From a virus, in IMG/VR virus record IMGVR_UViG_3300034358_000044, positions 32,001 to 96,000 of that record: a stretch of 64,000 nt of DNA, one strand, 5' to 3'. A program made the translations under genes and the position numbers. Positions 8,754 to 18,418 of the stretch are shown piece by piece (position 1 is the first letter of the stretch; each line of letters begins with the position of its first letter). The notes beneath the pieces were generated by a model that worked only from the letters and a program-made list of their open reading frames with translations, was not told the origin of the DNA and made no database searches.

Positions 8754-9425
8754 TCATTCTGGCTCATCATCCCCTATTTCGACGTGTCTGCGAAACGTAA
8801 TCGTGTCGTTCTTCTTGGGTGATTCTTTCGGTGGAGGAGGCTTCCGTACAGGTCGTACAGGCTCTCCCCTCCATACTGGAGCGGGTCGGTTCGCCTTGTC
8901 CTGCAGGAGGCCCATCTCGATCTCCATGGCGAGGTTCCAAATCTCTCGTGGGAGGGAAAGTTGGTAGACCCCTTTGCCAGTCTGCACAGCTTTCTGCTGG
9001 GCATAGCGGACACACGACGCGGTCCCTCCGCTGTTCTGACCGTCCCACACCGCAAGAAGAGCATCGCTGTGGTCTACCATCCATGCGTTGCGGTCGTGGA
9101 GAAGCTGGGGGCTGTAGTATCCCTCACTGAGAGTCACGACGCTGGCTGCCTCTTGCAGGAGCATGTTGTAGTGCTGTCTGGATCTCATGGGCCACTTCGA
9201 GTCGTAGCCCTCGAAAGGAACGATGGCGTCGAATGGTATCTTCATCCTGATGCAGAGGGAGGCGACCCATTGGTCAGTGCCAAGAGCCATTCCAGTGAGT
9301 ACCTTGTCGATCTTCAGGACACCGAAGGACTCCTCCAGCTTCTGCATCACCGCGTTGTAGATAGGATTCGGAATGTTGTAGCCACCGAGCCGAGAAGGCC
9401 GATGGCCGGTGACTGCGAGGATCAT
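8754..9425 (-). CDS. SLOG superfamily protein (YspA/DUF1273-like)
   Basis: AVTGHRP, TGMALGTDQW, RNAWMVDHSDALLAVWDG..GGTASCV. Confidence 0.9.
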   Translation of the reverse strand: MILAVTGHRPSRLGGYNIPNPIYNAVMQKLEESFGVLKIDKVLTGMALGTDQWVASLCIRMKIPFDAIVPFEGYDSKWPMRSRQHYNMLLQEAASVVTLSEGYYSPQLLHDRNAWMVDHSDALLAVWDGQNSGGTASCVRYAQQKAVQTGKGVYQLSLPREIWNLAMEIEMGLLQDKANRPAPVWRGEPVRPVRKPPPPKESPKKNDTITFRRHVEIGDDEPE

Positions 9426-9432
9426 AGGACTC

Positions 9433-9738
9433 CTAGACGTGAGGTAGTATTCGCTGAGAGTGTTGTTCGGCTCCCAGAGCTTTCTTCTGGGAATTGATAG
9501 CGTGGCCGTGTTCGTGAACCAGGGCGACCTTCTTCGTCCACTCGTAGTCGTGGGGGGGAAGCCACCGCCTCTTTGCTACTTTCGTCCAACCGTGAGCTCT
9601 GAGGAAGAGGCCCTCGACGAAGTACAGCAGTACTTGAGTGATTCTACGCATGGTTACCTGAGAGAGTTGTACATCTTGATGAGCCAGAATCCAATGGTGA
9701 GAAGACTGGTCAAGAAGACGATGAGAGCTGCGAGCCAC
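9433..9738 (-). CDS. hypothetical protein
   Basis: fills gap between ligase and SLOG genes on the same strand. Confidence 0.5.
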   Translation of the reverse strand: MARSSHRLLDQSSHHWILAHQDVQLSQVTMRRITQVLLYFVEGLFLRAHGWTKVAKRRWLPPHDYEWTKKVALVHEHGHAINSQKKALGAEQHSQRILPHV

Positions 9739-9753
9739 ATAGTTCGGCTCCGT

Positions 9754-11172
9754 TTAGAGCTGGGGGTTCACACATTCCTGCGGACTCTTGTCCGTTCGTT
9801 CTTCGATGAAGGCGGCGAAGGTGAGGGCATTGGTGTCGTCGCCCTCGGAGATGTAGGTGCGCTCCTTGTACTCGACTCGCCACACCCTAGGCCACAACTT
9901 GACGTCGGCCATCTCCGTCTTCATCTGCTCCGTCATACCGCTGTTGAGGTTCGAGATGTACACCAGCTCGCCAGCACTGTTGTACTGGAAGAGCGCCACG
10001 CACTTGATGCCGTTGCCACCATACCGGCCCTTGGTGGAGAACTCACCTTGGCCTGATGCCGGGTTCCAGATGGCGATGAAATCGTCCTCGAAGGACGGCT
10101 TCAGCTTGGCGCAGAAGCTCCCAGGCCTGTCCGGCTTGCCCTTGAAGTTGAAGGCCTTGTCGCCGTACACGCCGTCCGGGTCCACCAGCACGAAGCCCTC
10201 CCACCCGTGGTGCTTCGCGATGGTCAGGGCTGCGTCAGTGGTAGGGAAGTGGTCGGCGGTGAAGATCTGCACCGGCCCTAGAGCGGTGCCCTGGTAGTCG
10301 AGCTCGTGTATGAGATCGAGCCGAGCTCTCACTGGCTGCTTGGAGACGAAGTCTTCTCCATTCCAGAAGGCAATGTCCCAGATGATGAAGGTCACGAACT
10401 TGCCCTCTCCATGGAGGAGCTCGTGCTGCTTCGACCGGCTCTCCATTGAGAGGCTCTTGGTGACACTCTGGATGGCCTTGAAATCCTCCAGCCCATTGGG
10501 GCCTTGGACTATCATCTCACCCAGTAGGATGCTGTTGGGAGGCATCAGGACCGAGGCAGCCTCGACAACGTAGGGGAACCTGTCATTCCAGGTGAGGTTG
10601 GTACCGGCCTCATCGTCATGCTGGCGCAGCATGCGCCGACTGTAGATTTGAATCGCCCCTTGGGCGTCTGAGACGATGACGTGCATCATCCCGTTCATCT
10701 TCCGGGTGTACCAGGCGTCACCATTCTCAGCCTTCTTGAGGAGGCCTGCTCCTGCCGCATTGAGAGGCTTGTAGAAGGCCAGGCTCTGCGGCAGGGGCTT
10801 GGTGAAGTCGATGGCAGGAGCCTCGATTGGATCGAGAGTCGTGTACTCCATCGTATCGTGGATGAAGGCGGAGACTTGAACCTCCCTGTAGCCCTCCCTG
10901 TACTTCAGCTCCATCTTCCTGAGCCCGAGAGCTAAGGCATTAGCGTTGGCGCTGACTTCGTTCTTCTTCCCTGCGTTGACGACGGGGGCCTTCTCGTTGA
11001 CCTCCTGCATGGCACCACCGAGCTGCCCCCACTTGCAGTAGAGGGTATCGTCGATTGCCCAAACTGTCCAAATTCTTGGAGAAGTGCTACGAGAGGCGAG
11101 CTGGATGAACTCCCTCTTCTCTCCCTTCCACTGGGCGTTGCGGTCTTGAAAAGTCACTGAGCTTCCTTTCAT
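9754..11172 (-). CDS. lig: ATP-dependent DNA ligase with N-terminal WGR domain
   Basis: WGR-like W-x-VW...KWGQLG; motif I RKMNG; LLGEM; FIIWDI; EGFVLVD; KLKP; C-terminal OB fold; start ATG 11172 or GTG near 11157. Confidence 0.8.
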   Translation of the reverse strand: MKGSSVTFQDRNAQWKGEKREFIQLASRSTSPRIWTVWAIDDTLYCKWGQLGGAMQEVNEKAPVVNAGKKNEVSANANALALGLRKMELKYREGYREVQVSAFIHDTMEYTTLDPIEAPAIDFTKPLPQSLAFYKPLNAAGAGLLKKAENGDAWYTRKMNGMMHVIVSDAQGAIQIYSRRMLRQHDDEAGTNLTWNDRFPYVVEAASVLMPPNSILLGEMIVQGPNGLEDFKAIQSVTKSLSMESRSKQHELLHGEGKFVTFIIWDIAFWNGEDFVSKQPVRARLDLIHELDYQGTALGPVQIFTADHFPTTDAALTIAKHHGWEGFVLVDPDGVYGDKAFNFKGKPDRPGSFCAKLKPSFEDDFIAIWNPASGQGEFSTKGRYGGNGIKCVALFQYNSAGELVYISNLNSGMTEQMKTEMADVKLWPRVWRVEYKERTYISEGDDTNALTFAAFIEERTDKSPQECVNPQL

Positions 11173-11230
11173 GGGACGTAAACTTCTACGTTGACACTGT
11201 CTTATCCCGAAGATCAGGGAGGTATTGACT

Positions 11231-11455
11231 ATGGGCGATGGCGATGTAAGAATAGCTTCAATGGTCAGCGTGACCGTAGTAGACGCGGACAAGAAGACCA
11301 AAGAAGAGCTGTTGGGGTTGGTGGACTCGGAGGTGGAGAAGTTCTCCGACTTCATGGCCGCACTGGAGGACTGGCGGGCAAGAGGTGCCCTGAACAGCCC
11401 CGAGAAAGCTCTACTTCGTACGTACTTGATTCAGAAGATTCAAGGGAGACTCTGA
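11231..11455 (+). CDS. hypothetical protein
   Basis: GGAGG SD; ATGA coupling to next gene. Confidence 0.7.
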   Translation: MGDGDVRIASMVSVTVVDADKKTKEELLGLVDSEVEKFSDFMAALEDWRARGALNSPEKALLRTYLIQKIQGRL

Positions 11456-11766
11456 TGTCCCGTCTCGAAGTCATTCAGATTCGATGTGACAGGTGCAAGC
11501 GGGTCGAGCTCCAGCCCCCAGCCCCTGTCAAGGCCAGGGCGGACTTCGAAGCAAGAATCTTCGACAAGTACGTCAAGTACGAGGATCTCTGCTCGTCATG
11601 CAAGGAAGCCCTCGGTCGCATCTGGGACGACATGAGGGAATGGACCAGGGAAATCAAGCAGCAGTTCGGTCCCACTGTTGCAGACAACAAGTCAGTTCCC
11701 CTGGCTCCGGCTCCTGACTATTCGCCGCCAAAGCCGCACTCATTGGCTGCAGCGTCAAAGAAGTAG
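11455..11766 (+). CDS. zinc-ribbon hypothetical protein
   Basis: CDRC ... DLCSSC motifs. Confidence 0.7.
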   Translation: MSRLEVIQIRCDRCKRVELQPPAPVKARADFEARIFDKYVKYEDLCSSCKEALGRIWDDMREWTREIKQQFGPTVADNKSVPLAPAPDYSPPKPHSLAAASKK

Positions 11767-11845
11767 GCTCGGCTGCCCGTCCCCACGGCTTCGAAGCCTG
11801 CAGCCCCGGGGGTTCCTTGCAGGGGATCCCCGGGGCGAGTTGTCT

Positions 11846-13972
11846 CTACGGCATCATGGGGGAGTAGTTGGTCGGGCACCCGCCGACGCACTCCATCTCC
11901 AAGACCATCACTTCCTTTTGACCGGGATGTGCATCAAACTGAGCTTTGGTGATGGGCTGAATGGGGGCGTTCTTCCGGCTCTTGTCGGGGAAGACAGTAG
12001 TTCCCTTCAAGTCGGGAAGAGCATCGATGAGCTGCTTCTCCATCTCCTCTTCGGTGAGGGACATCTGAGCCGGTAGGTTGATGGTGAAGGACACAGCGTT
12101 GTCCGCGAAGAACTCCTGGAACATCTTCTGGACCTGAAGGCTGTCCGCGAAGGAGATGTCGTACTGACCTTCCAGGACTTCGGCAGGGTCCCAGCCGGCG
12201 GCGCGAACCTTGGCCACCAGTGGATCCTCGAACCAGTAGACGACGATGTCGGTGTTCTTGGCGTCCTCGTCCGGGAAGACCTCGTAGCCTTCCGCACGTT
12301 TCACGGCGAGCTCAGCGTCATCCGAGGAGTAGCGCACCAGGCGCTTGCCCCAGGGCGTCATCATGCACTGGCCACTGGAAGTCGTCCCTGGGAGCATCGC
12401 CGTCGTGCCCGTGGGGGCCAGGGCGGTGTTCTTCACCGGAGGAGGGTAGCCGAGCTGGATGGAGTACGTGGTGGCCTCGGCCATCACGACGCCCTTGGCG
12501 GACATCAGCATGGTGTGGATCTTCGGGTCCTTCCAGCTCTCCGAGTACTTGATGCCGCGAAGAGCCAGGTAGGCGTGGAAGCCGAAGAAGCCGACCGCGA
12601 TGCGCCGGTTCCGGTCCACCACTGCACGCTGTCGAGGCTGGGGGATGTCCCCGTTGGTGGCCCTGACGAGCCAGCGCGTCATGAGGCGGAAGGCCTCCAT
12701 CATCTCCTTCTGTGGCCTCTTGGCGAAGGCCTCCAAGTTGACGTGGCCCAGGCAGCAGTTCTCCCACATCTGCAGGCCGATCTCTCCGCAGGGGTTGGGG
12801 CAGAACATGAGTTCCGGCTCCCGCTCTCCCTGCATGGCGAGGGTGCGATTCCAGAAGCCCGGCTCCCCGTTGGCCCTCTTGCCCAGAACGACTGCCCTCA
12901 TGACCTCTGAGGCAACGTGGTGGAGACTGGCATCAGGGTTCCGGTAGGCCTCGAAGAACTCGTCATCGACTTCGACTGAGATGTTCGAGCTCCACTGGGC
13001 GCCATCCGTGCGCTTGCAGTTGATGAACTCCATGATGTCCACGTCCGCCCAGTTCTTCACGGCGATGCGGCTGGAGCGCCTCTTGCCGCCTGCAACGACG
13101 CAGGCAGCCACGGTGTGGTCCAGGGTCATCGCGTCGAGGCTGGTGAGGTTCCTGCCGACGCAGCCGTTGAGGTGCTTGACGTAGTCCACCAGCATGGTGA
13201 CCAGGGGCTCTGGACCAGCAGCCGTTCCGCCACCAGCGCGCAGCGGGGCACCACGGCGTCGCACCCCGGAGACGTCGATGGTCAGGATGATGTCCTTCTC
13301 CCTGCGGTAGGGCTGGAAGGCGGCACGGGTGACCGTGTCGAGCGCCTTCACCCAACCCTCACGGCTGTCGGCCACGTTCATGTAGCTGGAGTCGCGCTCC
13401 CCGACGTGCTTCGAGAGGAGGTGGGCGAACTCGTGGTGGTCCGGGTGGGACTCGTTGCAGATGATGTGGAGGTCGATGGGGTTGGTGACCCTGGGCATGC
13501 CGTGCATGTACCGGTTCGAGTAGTTCGAGCCGACACCGCCGCCCATCATGAGCTCGTCGAAGGTGAAGGTGAAGTGGGCGGTAGGGTCCAGAGGATCCCA
13601 GCCAGCCGCGTGGCAGTTGAAGAGGTACTGACGGTCCTTCATCCCTGAAGCATTGAGATGGCGACCAGCAGGGAGAGCAGCGAAGGGCAGCAAAAGACCG
13701 ATGAGCTTGTTGCGCTCATCGGCCTCGATGAATGACTCTGGAACCAGTCCGAGGTTGCCATCGACGGCCCTCACGACTGTTTCGGCCCAGGTCTCTTTGT
13801 TTCCGTCTTCCTTCGTCTGGCTGTAGGTCCTCTTGAAGACCTGCTCACCCATGGGACCGAAGGGGATGCGTACGTCGTGGAACTGGGCCGGGAGAAAACC
13901 CTTCTCATGCATGGCAACTCCAGAACAATAGAAGCCCATCGGTGGCGACACCGTAGGGAGGAGGTTGGACAT
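11846..13972 (-). CDS. nrdJ: class II (B12-dependent) ribonucleotide reductase
   Basis: PAGRHL, FNC, GGGVG, RRSS, EPGF, PNPCGEI, CCLGHVNL, APTGTT, NAVSFTIN, C-terminal CVGGCP. Confidence 0.95.
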   Translation of the reverse strand: MSNLLPTVSPPMGFYCSGVAMHEKGFLPAQFHDVRIPFGPMGEQVFKRTYSQTKEDGNKETWAETVVRAVDGNLGLVPESFIEADERNKLIGLLLPFAALPAGRHLNASGMKDRQYLFNCHAAGWDPLDPTAHFTFTFDELMMGGGVGSNYSNRYMHGMPRVTNPIDLHIICNESHPDHHEFAHLLSKHVGERDSSYMNVADSREGWVKALDTVTRAAFQPYRREKDIILTIDVSGVRRRGAPLRAGGGTAAGPEPLVTMLVDYVKHLNGCVGRNLTSLDAMTLDHTVAACVVAGGKRRSSRIAVKNWADVDIMEFINCKRTDGAQWSSNISVEVDDEFFEAYRNPDASLHHVASEVMRAVVLGKRANGEPGFWNRTLAMQGEREPELMFCPNPCGEIGLQMWENCCLGHVNLEAFAKRPQKEMMEAFRLMTRWLVRATNGDIPQPRQRAVVDRNRRIAVGFFGFHAYLALRGIKYSESWKDPKIHTMLMSAKGVVMAEATTYSIQLGYPPPVKNTALAPTGTTAMLPGTTSSGQCMMTPWGKRLVRYSSDDAELAVKRAEGYEVFPDEDAKNTDIVVYWFEDPLVAKVRAAGWDPAEVLEGQYDISFADSLQVQKMFQEFFADNAVSFTINLPAQMSLTEEEMEKQLIDALPDLKGTTVFPDKSRKNAPIQPITKAQFDAHPGQKEVMVLEMECVGGCPTNYSPMMP

Positions 13973-13974
13973 CT

Positions 13975-14155
13975 ATGTGGTTAGGCGAGTAGTTCGGTCC
14001 CCAGTGCGTTAGAGCGGACGCTGGTGCCTTGCAGGGCTCCAGACGGTCCCTCTGTTATACGCCTGGCACATGAACCTGCCAAGGGTTTGGCGCTGAGAGC
14101 TAAAGGATGCGGCGGAACACGAGTTACGTTTCGTGACCGCCGGTCCTTGTACCGT
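13975..14155 (-). promoter_or_regulatory. structured 5' leader of nrdJ (candidate cis-regulatory RNA)
   Basis: about 180-nt non-coding gap with hairpins GGCGG..ACGA/TCGT..CCGCC and CTGG..GCC-CTGCAA-GGC..CCAG. Confidence 0.35.
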
Positions 14156-14157
14156 CT

Positions 14158-14658
14158 CTAGGCCTGCTTTTTCCCAAGACCTCTCATCTGGAGGATGGGG
14201 TCGTTGAGGCGGTTCTTGGAGAGCCACATCAATTCTTCGATCCCTCTTATCGACGTTGCTGTGTCCGCAATGAGGTCTTCAAACTCGTCCACAGGGATGT
14301 TAGCCCTTCGACAGAGATCGGCCACTTTCTCTGCGTAGTTACCCTTACCGAGTTTGAGCATCTGGTACATCAACATCGCATTCAATCGTGTTCTCTCAGT
14401 GAGAGTCAGGCAGAACTCCATTTTGAGATCGTCTTCCCATCCCTCTGGGATGAGATCCGCCGTCAGGGTGAAGATGACGAACTCTTCAGTACTCCTCCGC
14501 GCGAACTCAGAGTTCGTTCCCAGACGGAGCTCTCTCCTCAACATGTAGTTCTTCTTCGTCAGCCCAAGAGGGTAGGCGACGAGAAGAGTTGAGACGCCCG
14601 CTTTTACGGTACCAAAGGTCCAGGCAACAGACCCCACAGCAATGAGAATGGACAGCAT
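14158..14658 (-). CDS. hypothetical protein with N-terminal hydrophobic segment
   Basis: MLSILIAVGSVAWTFG; AAGGGAG SD. Confidence 0.65.
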   Translation of the reverse strand: MLSILIAVGSVAWTFGTVKAGVSTLLVAYPLGLTKKNYMLRRELRLGTNSEFARRSTEEFVIFTLTADLIPEGWEDDLKMEFCLTLTERTRLNAMLMYQMLKLGKGNYAEKVADLCRRANIPVDEFEDLIADTATSIRGIEELMWLSKNRLNDPILQMRGLGKKQA

Positions 14659-14786
14659 GTTGAACTCCCTTTGAGAGTTGGGAAGATTCCCGTACATCCT
14701 TATGCCTAAAACGTCCTAGCTCTTGCTGCAGTATGGGTGCTACCTTCCCGCCACGCACTTCACAGGCTCCTGGAGACGTGTAGCCA

Positions 14787-17700
14787 ATGCTCAGCTCTAG
14801 TGACATCAGTGCCCTCATCAACGCCCAGAACCAGCAGTTCATGGGGCAGGCGCAGTATGCGCAGCAAGTGGGCATCTCGAATCCCAGTATGAGTCTTTCC
14901 TCTTGGGGTTCGGATCCACGTCAACGTGCTTTTGGGAGCCAAGGTACAGTGATGGGGCATGCTCCCATCAGCTACGCGCCAGGAGGGTATGCAGGTCCCT
15001 CTCACGGAGCAGGAAACAAGTTCGCTGGCGGTGCAATGGCTCTTGGAGGTGGAATAGCGTCCGCTGTAGCCATGACGGCGTTCGATCCGCTCTCTGCTTT
15101 CATGAAAGCTGGGGGCTACATGCCCAGCCTCTTTGGTGGAGTGGCTGGTGGTGGGGTGGGTGCTGGACTTGCTGCGACCGCAGCTCCACTGGCCCTGGGT
15201 ACTGCTGCTTCCGCTTATATCGGCGCCGGTATGCACGGAGCTCAGCAGCAACATCAGATTCAAGGACAGCTGGGGCAGTTCGGTTTTGCGAACTCGGCCT
15301 CTCGTACTGGGCAGGGGTTCACGAGGGATGACGCGCTGAGTATCGGAAATCAGATTCGGCATCTGGCGCACATCCCCGAGATGATGACCTCAGTGGATGA
15401 GCTCACCAAGCTCATCCCCAGGCTCAAGGCCTCTGGCATCATGCAGGGGGTCAAAGACGCGACGGAGTTCAACTCCCGGTTCAAGGATGCGGTGAAGACG
15501 ATTCGAGAGGTCTCCAAGGTCATCGGATCGACCATGGAAGAGGCCTCAGCCTTCTTCGAGCACAGTCGTTCTGTCGGCTTTCTAGGGAAGAATGACCAGC
15601 TCAAGAATGCCATGAACGTCCAGTTCACGGCGGCCCAGACTGGGATGTCTTCTGGGCAGGTGATGCAGGTTCAGCAGGCTGGTGCGCAGATGGCGGTTGG
15701 GCGGGGATTGCAGCGGAAGACCGGAACCACTGCCATCACCAACATCATGCAGGGGCTCGGAGCAGGAATGCAGTCTGGGCGTATCTCACAGGATCAGTTG
15801 GAGGACGTCACAGGGGTAGCTGGAGAGGGAGCAGTAGGTGCTGCTGCCCAGCAGATGGCCGAGAAGATGGCCAGGTTCGCAGAAGGTACTGCTGCAGGTC
15901 GTGCCTCCATGATGGGGTTGGCCAAGTTCGACGCCAATGGTCGCTTCGTCGGTATCGACCAGGACCTTGCAGACCGCTACGCCAGAGGTGAGGTCTCCAA
16001 GTCCGAGCTGATGGAGAGGATCGGCAAGTTCTCGAACCAGCAGAAGATCTCCGCCTCCAGGAAGACTGGGTCCATGGCCATGGAGTTCGCCGGCAAGGCG
16101 GGCCTGGGAGGTATCGGCGCCTTCATGAAGAACGTCTTGGCCGAGGGCGGACACACTGGGGAGTCGATGAAGTACATGCTCGGCCAGTACGGGTTCGGTG
16201 AGACCGAGCAGGACCTCATGGAGAATATGGCCGGGATGGGCAACATCGACAACACGAGTACTCGAACTGCCTACGAGAGAAAGCAGAAGATCGAGGCTGA
16301 AATTGCCGAGAGGACAGACCCCTCGAAGATCATGAAGCGCATTGGAACTCGTCTGAGCAATACGCTCGGATTTTCAGCTATCGGACATGCGGGTGCAGAA
16401 GGATTCGAGGCCATAGGTCGGGCCTACGATGAGTTCGTTGACGACCTTGTTGGCCGCTACGCCATCGGTCTTTCAGCGAAGGGCTCCCAGCACATGGCTG
16501 AGGCGCTATCTTCGGCAGAGGGGAGAGCTGGTCTCAAAAAGGTCTTCGCGCTGCACTCTCAGTTGCCGACGAGAGATGCACGAGCTGCTTCTTCTCTGGG
16601 AAGAGGGCTGGCTCAGGTGGCATCCTTGACCCCCTTCCATGGAGCCGTCGTAGGGGCCGGAGGTATTGAGGGAGCTGGTCGTCAAATCGACAAGATGATG
16701 CGTGGTGTTCATAGGACCCTCAACAGCGCCAGCTACGATGGTGCAGGGAGCTTTGAAGACCAGGTCGAGATCATGCAGGACAACTTCGGCATGAAGAAGG
16801 CCAGTGTCTCTCAGCTTCAGGATCGATTCACGGATCTTCGGAAGATGGGTGAGGGTGGGGTTGGAACCGATGTCGAAGACTTCACCAACCAGATGATAAA
16901 CCAGATTGGCAGGACGAAGTACGAGGAGGCCAATCAGGCGAACAAGATAGACATGCTCAGGAACATGTTCGAGGTACGGAGCTTCACCAACGCTGGGGTG
17001 GACAAGGGGGCAGACGCCTACAATGCGTTGATCAAGGCAAAGGGACTTGGTGCCAACGGAGCCAACGCTCATGCCGAAGCTGCCATGCTCATCAGTGGAG
17101 CGATGAAGATAGGTGTTGAAGGAAAGATGGAAGGCAGCTCCTACGCTGAGAAGGTCAAGAGGCACGCAGTCAGCGTTCAAGTAGCTGACAAAGACCTTCG
17201 AGATTCTCTTGGGTACAGTGGTGGATCTGAGGTCTCCTCAGCAATCGCTTCTGACTGGCAGGTGGGGGTCAATCTTCACAGCGCCCTGGTCGGAACCAAT
17301 GCTAGGAAGATTACCGACATCCTTCATGAGGATCCGACCCCAGAGAACAGGGAAGCTCTCGGTAAGCTTCTTGGAAGACCTACCCTTTCTGAGGACGAGT
17401 TCAACAAGACCAAAGCGGCGCATAAGAGTGTCGAGCTGCAGATCGACTCTGGAAATCCAGACAGCACCGAGCGGAGCAAGAGAAAGGCGAAGATCGCTGA
17501 CGCCATTGCTGGAAGGGTCAATGCCGAAGGTCAGAAGGATGTTGGAGCACTGCAGATTGCTGCTCGTGACGTAGTTCAAGGCATGGGGAAGGGCGAGCTA
17601 CGCGATGCCATGGAGGCTTTCGGACGCGAGTCGAATTCTGATAAGGCTATCGACAAGAGTGGGGAGCTCTACAAGACTATTGGGAAGAAGTCACGTCAGC

Positions 17701-18206
17701 TCACGGATCTGCAGGCGAGGCGTAAGGCCGAGAAGGACCCGGCAAAGCGGAAGAAGCTGGACGAGGAGCTGGAGTCCCTGTCCAAGGAGCTGGGCCCGGA
17801 AGTCATAAGCAAGATTCGGAGCTCTGCTTCGCAGGTGGAGAACTCCATCGGTAAGGTGGGTACCTCCACCACGGTCGAAAAACTGATGAGCGATACCGGT
17901 CTTACTGACGATCAAATCGGTCTTGGAAAGAAGGACACCAAGGTTCAAATCACCGACAAGATTCTCTCTGACATCAAGGCAAAGGTGGCCGAGGCTGGTG
18001 GGGCAGGGATCATCAACCCCACCAAGAACCAGAAGAAGGAAGCGCTTGACGAGAAGCTCAACACGACCTTGGTTGAGATAGGCGGTACCTTGAAGCAGGT
18101 GAACACCGGCCTTGCTCTTCAGGGAGCAGACAAGGATCAGCGCGCTGCGTACTACAAGAAGCATGGCGACACGTATCGCCTGGCTGTAGATGGAGACAAG
18201 CCATGA
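14787..18206 (+). CDS. tape-measure-like tail protein
   Basis: 1139 aa, A/G/Q/M-rich helical, Gly-rich hydrophobic N-terminal stretch, first gene of the virion operon. Confidence 0.6.
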   Translation: MLSSSDISALINAQNQQFMGQAQYAQQVGISNPSMSLSSWGSDPRQRAFGSQGTVMGHAPISYAPGGYAGPSHGAGNKFAGGAMALGGGIASAVAMTAFDPLSAFMKAGGYMPSLFGGVAGGGVGAGLAATAAPLALGTAASAYIGAGMHGAQQQHQIQGQLGQFGFANSASRTGQGFTRDDALSIGNQIRHLAHIPEMMTSVDELTKLIPRLKASGIMQGVKDATEFNSRFKDAVKTIREVSKVIGSTMEEASAFFEHSRSVGFLGKNDQLKNAMNVQFTAAQTGMSSGQVMQVQQAGAQMAVGRGLQRKTGTTAITNIMQGLGAGMQSGRISQDQLEDVTGVAGEGAVGAAAQQMAEKMARFAEGTAAGRASMMGLAKFDANGRFVGIDQDLADRYARGEVSKSELMERIGKFSNQQKISASRKTGSMAMEFAGKAGLGGIGAFMKNVLAEGGHTGESMKYMLGQYGFGETEQDLMENMAGMGNIDNTSTRTAYERKQKIEAEIAERTDPSKIMKRIGTRLSNTLGFSAIGHAGAEGFEAIGRAYDEFVDDLVGRYAIGLSAKGSQHMAEALSSAEGRAGLKKVFALHSQLPTRDARAASSLGRGLAQVASLTPFHGAVVGAGGIEGAGRQIDKMMRGVHRTLNSASYDGAGSFEDQVEIMQDNFGMKKASVSQLQDRFTDLRKMGEGGVGTDVEDFTNQMINQIGRTKYEEANQANKIDMLRNMFEVRSFTNAGVDKGADAYNALIKAKGLGANGANAHAEAAMLISGAMKIGVEGKMEGSSYAEKVKRHAVSVQVADKDLRDSLGYSGGSEVSSAIASDWQVGVNLHSALVGTNARKITDILHEDPTPENREALGKLLGRPTLSEDEFNKTKAAHKSVELQIDSGNPDSTERSKRKAKIADAIAGRVNAEGQKDVGALQIAARDVVQGMGKGELRDAMEAFGRESNSDKAIDKSGELYKTIGKKSRQLTDLQARRKAEKDPAKRKKLDEELESLSKELGPEVISKIRSSASQVENSIGKVGTSTTVEKLMSDTGLTDDQIGLGKKDTKVQITDKILSDIKAKVAEAGGAGIINPTKNQKKEALDEKLNTTLVEIGGTLKQVNTGLALQGADKDQRAAYYKKHGDTYRLAVDGDKP

Positions 18207-18418
18207 GCATCCAAGTTGTCATCTCCCAGAAGATGATTCTGGACGGGAAGCCGTGGACTGTATCGCTCATCCAGAACCCCACCATCGACGATGTTCTCGT
18301 CACGGAGGCACGACTTCAGGCGCACAACGTCGAGCAGGGAGCTGTCGTAACGAGTGATGACAGACGGGTAGCCAGGGACATCAGGGACTACCTCATTCGC
18401 TTCGGGGTGGAACACTAA
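18203..18418 (+). CDS. hypothetical protein
   Basis: ATGA overlap with upstream gene. Confidence 0.7.
   Translation: MSIQVVISQKMILDGKPWTVSLIQNPTIDDVLVTEARLQAHNVEQGAVVTSDDRRVARDIRDYLIRFGVEH

Noticed and set aside
11173-11355. N-terminal extension of the ligase ORF given in the track
   Set aside because: It overlaps the divergent 11231 gene and the promoter-like motif; an SD and start lie at 11157-11172.
11846-13972. Intein or intron in nrdJ or the ligase
   Set aside because: No C/S..HN splice junctions or homing-endonuclease inserts; lengths fit uninterrupted proteins.
13975-14155. Canonical cobalamin riboswitch
   Set aside because: B12-box and GGGAA/GCCACUG core not recognisable on the coding strand; only a generic structured leader is claimed.
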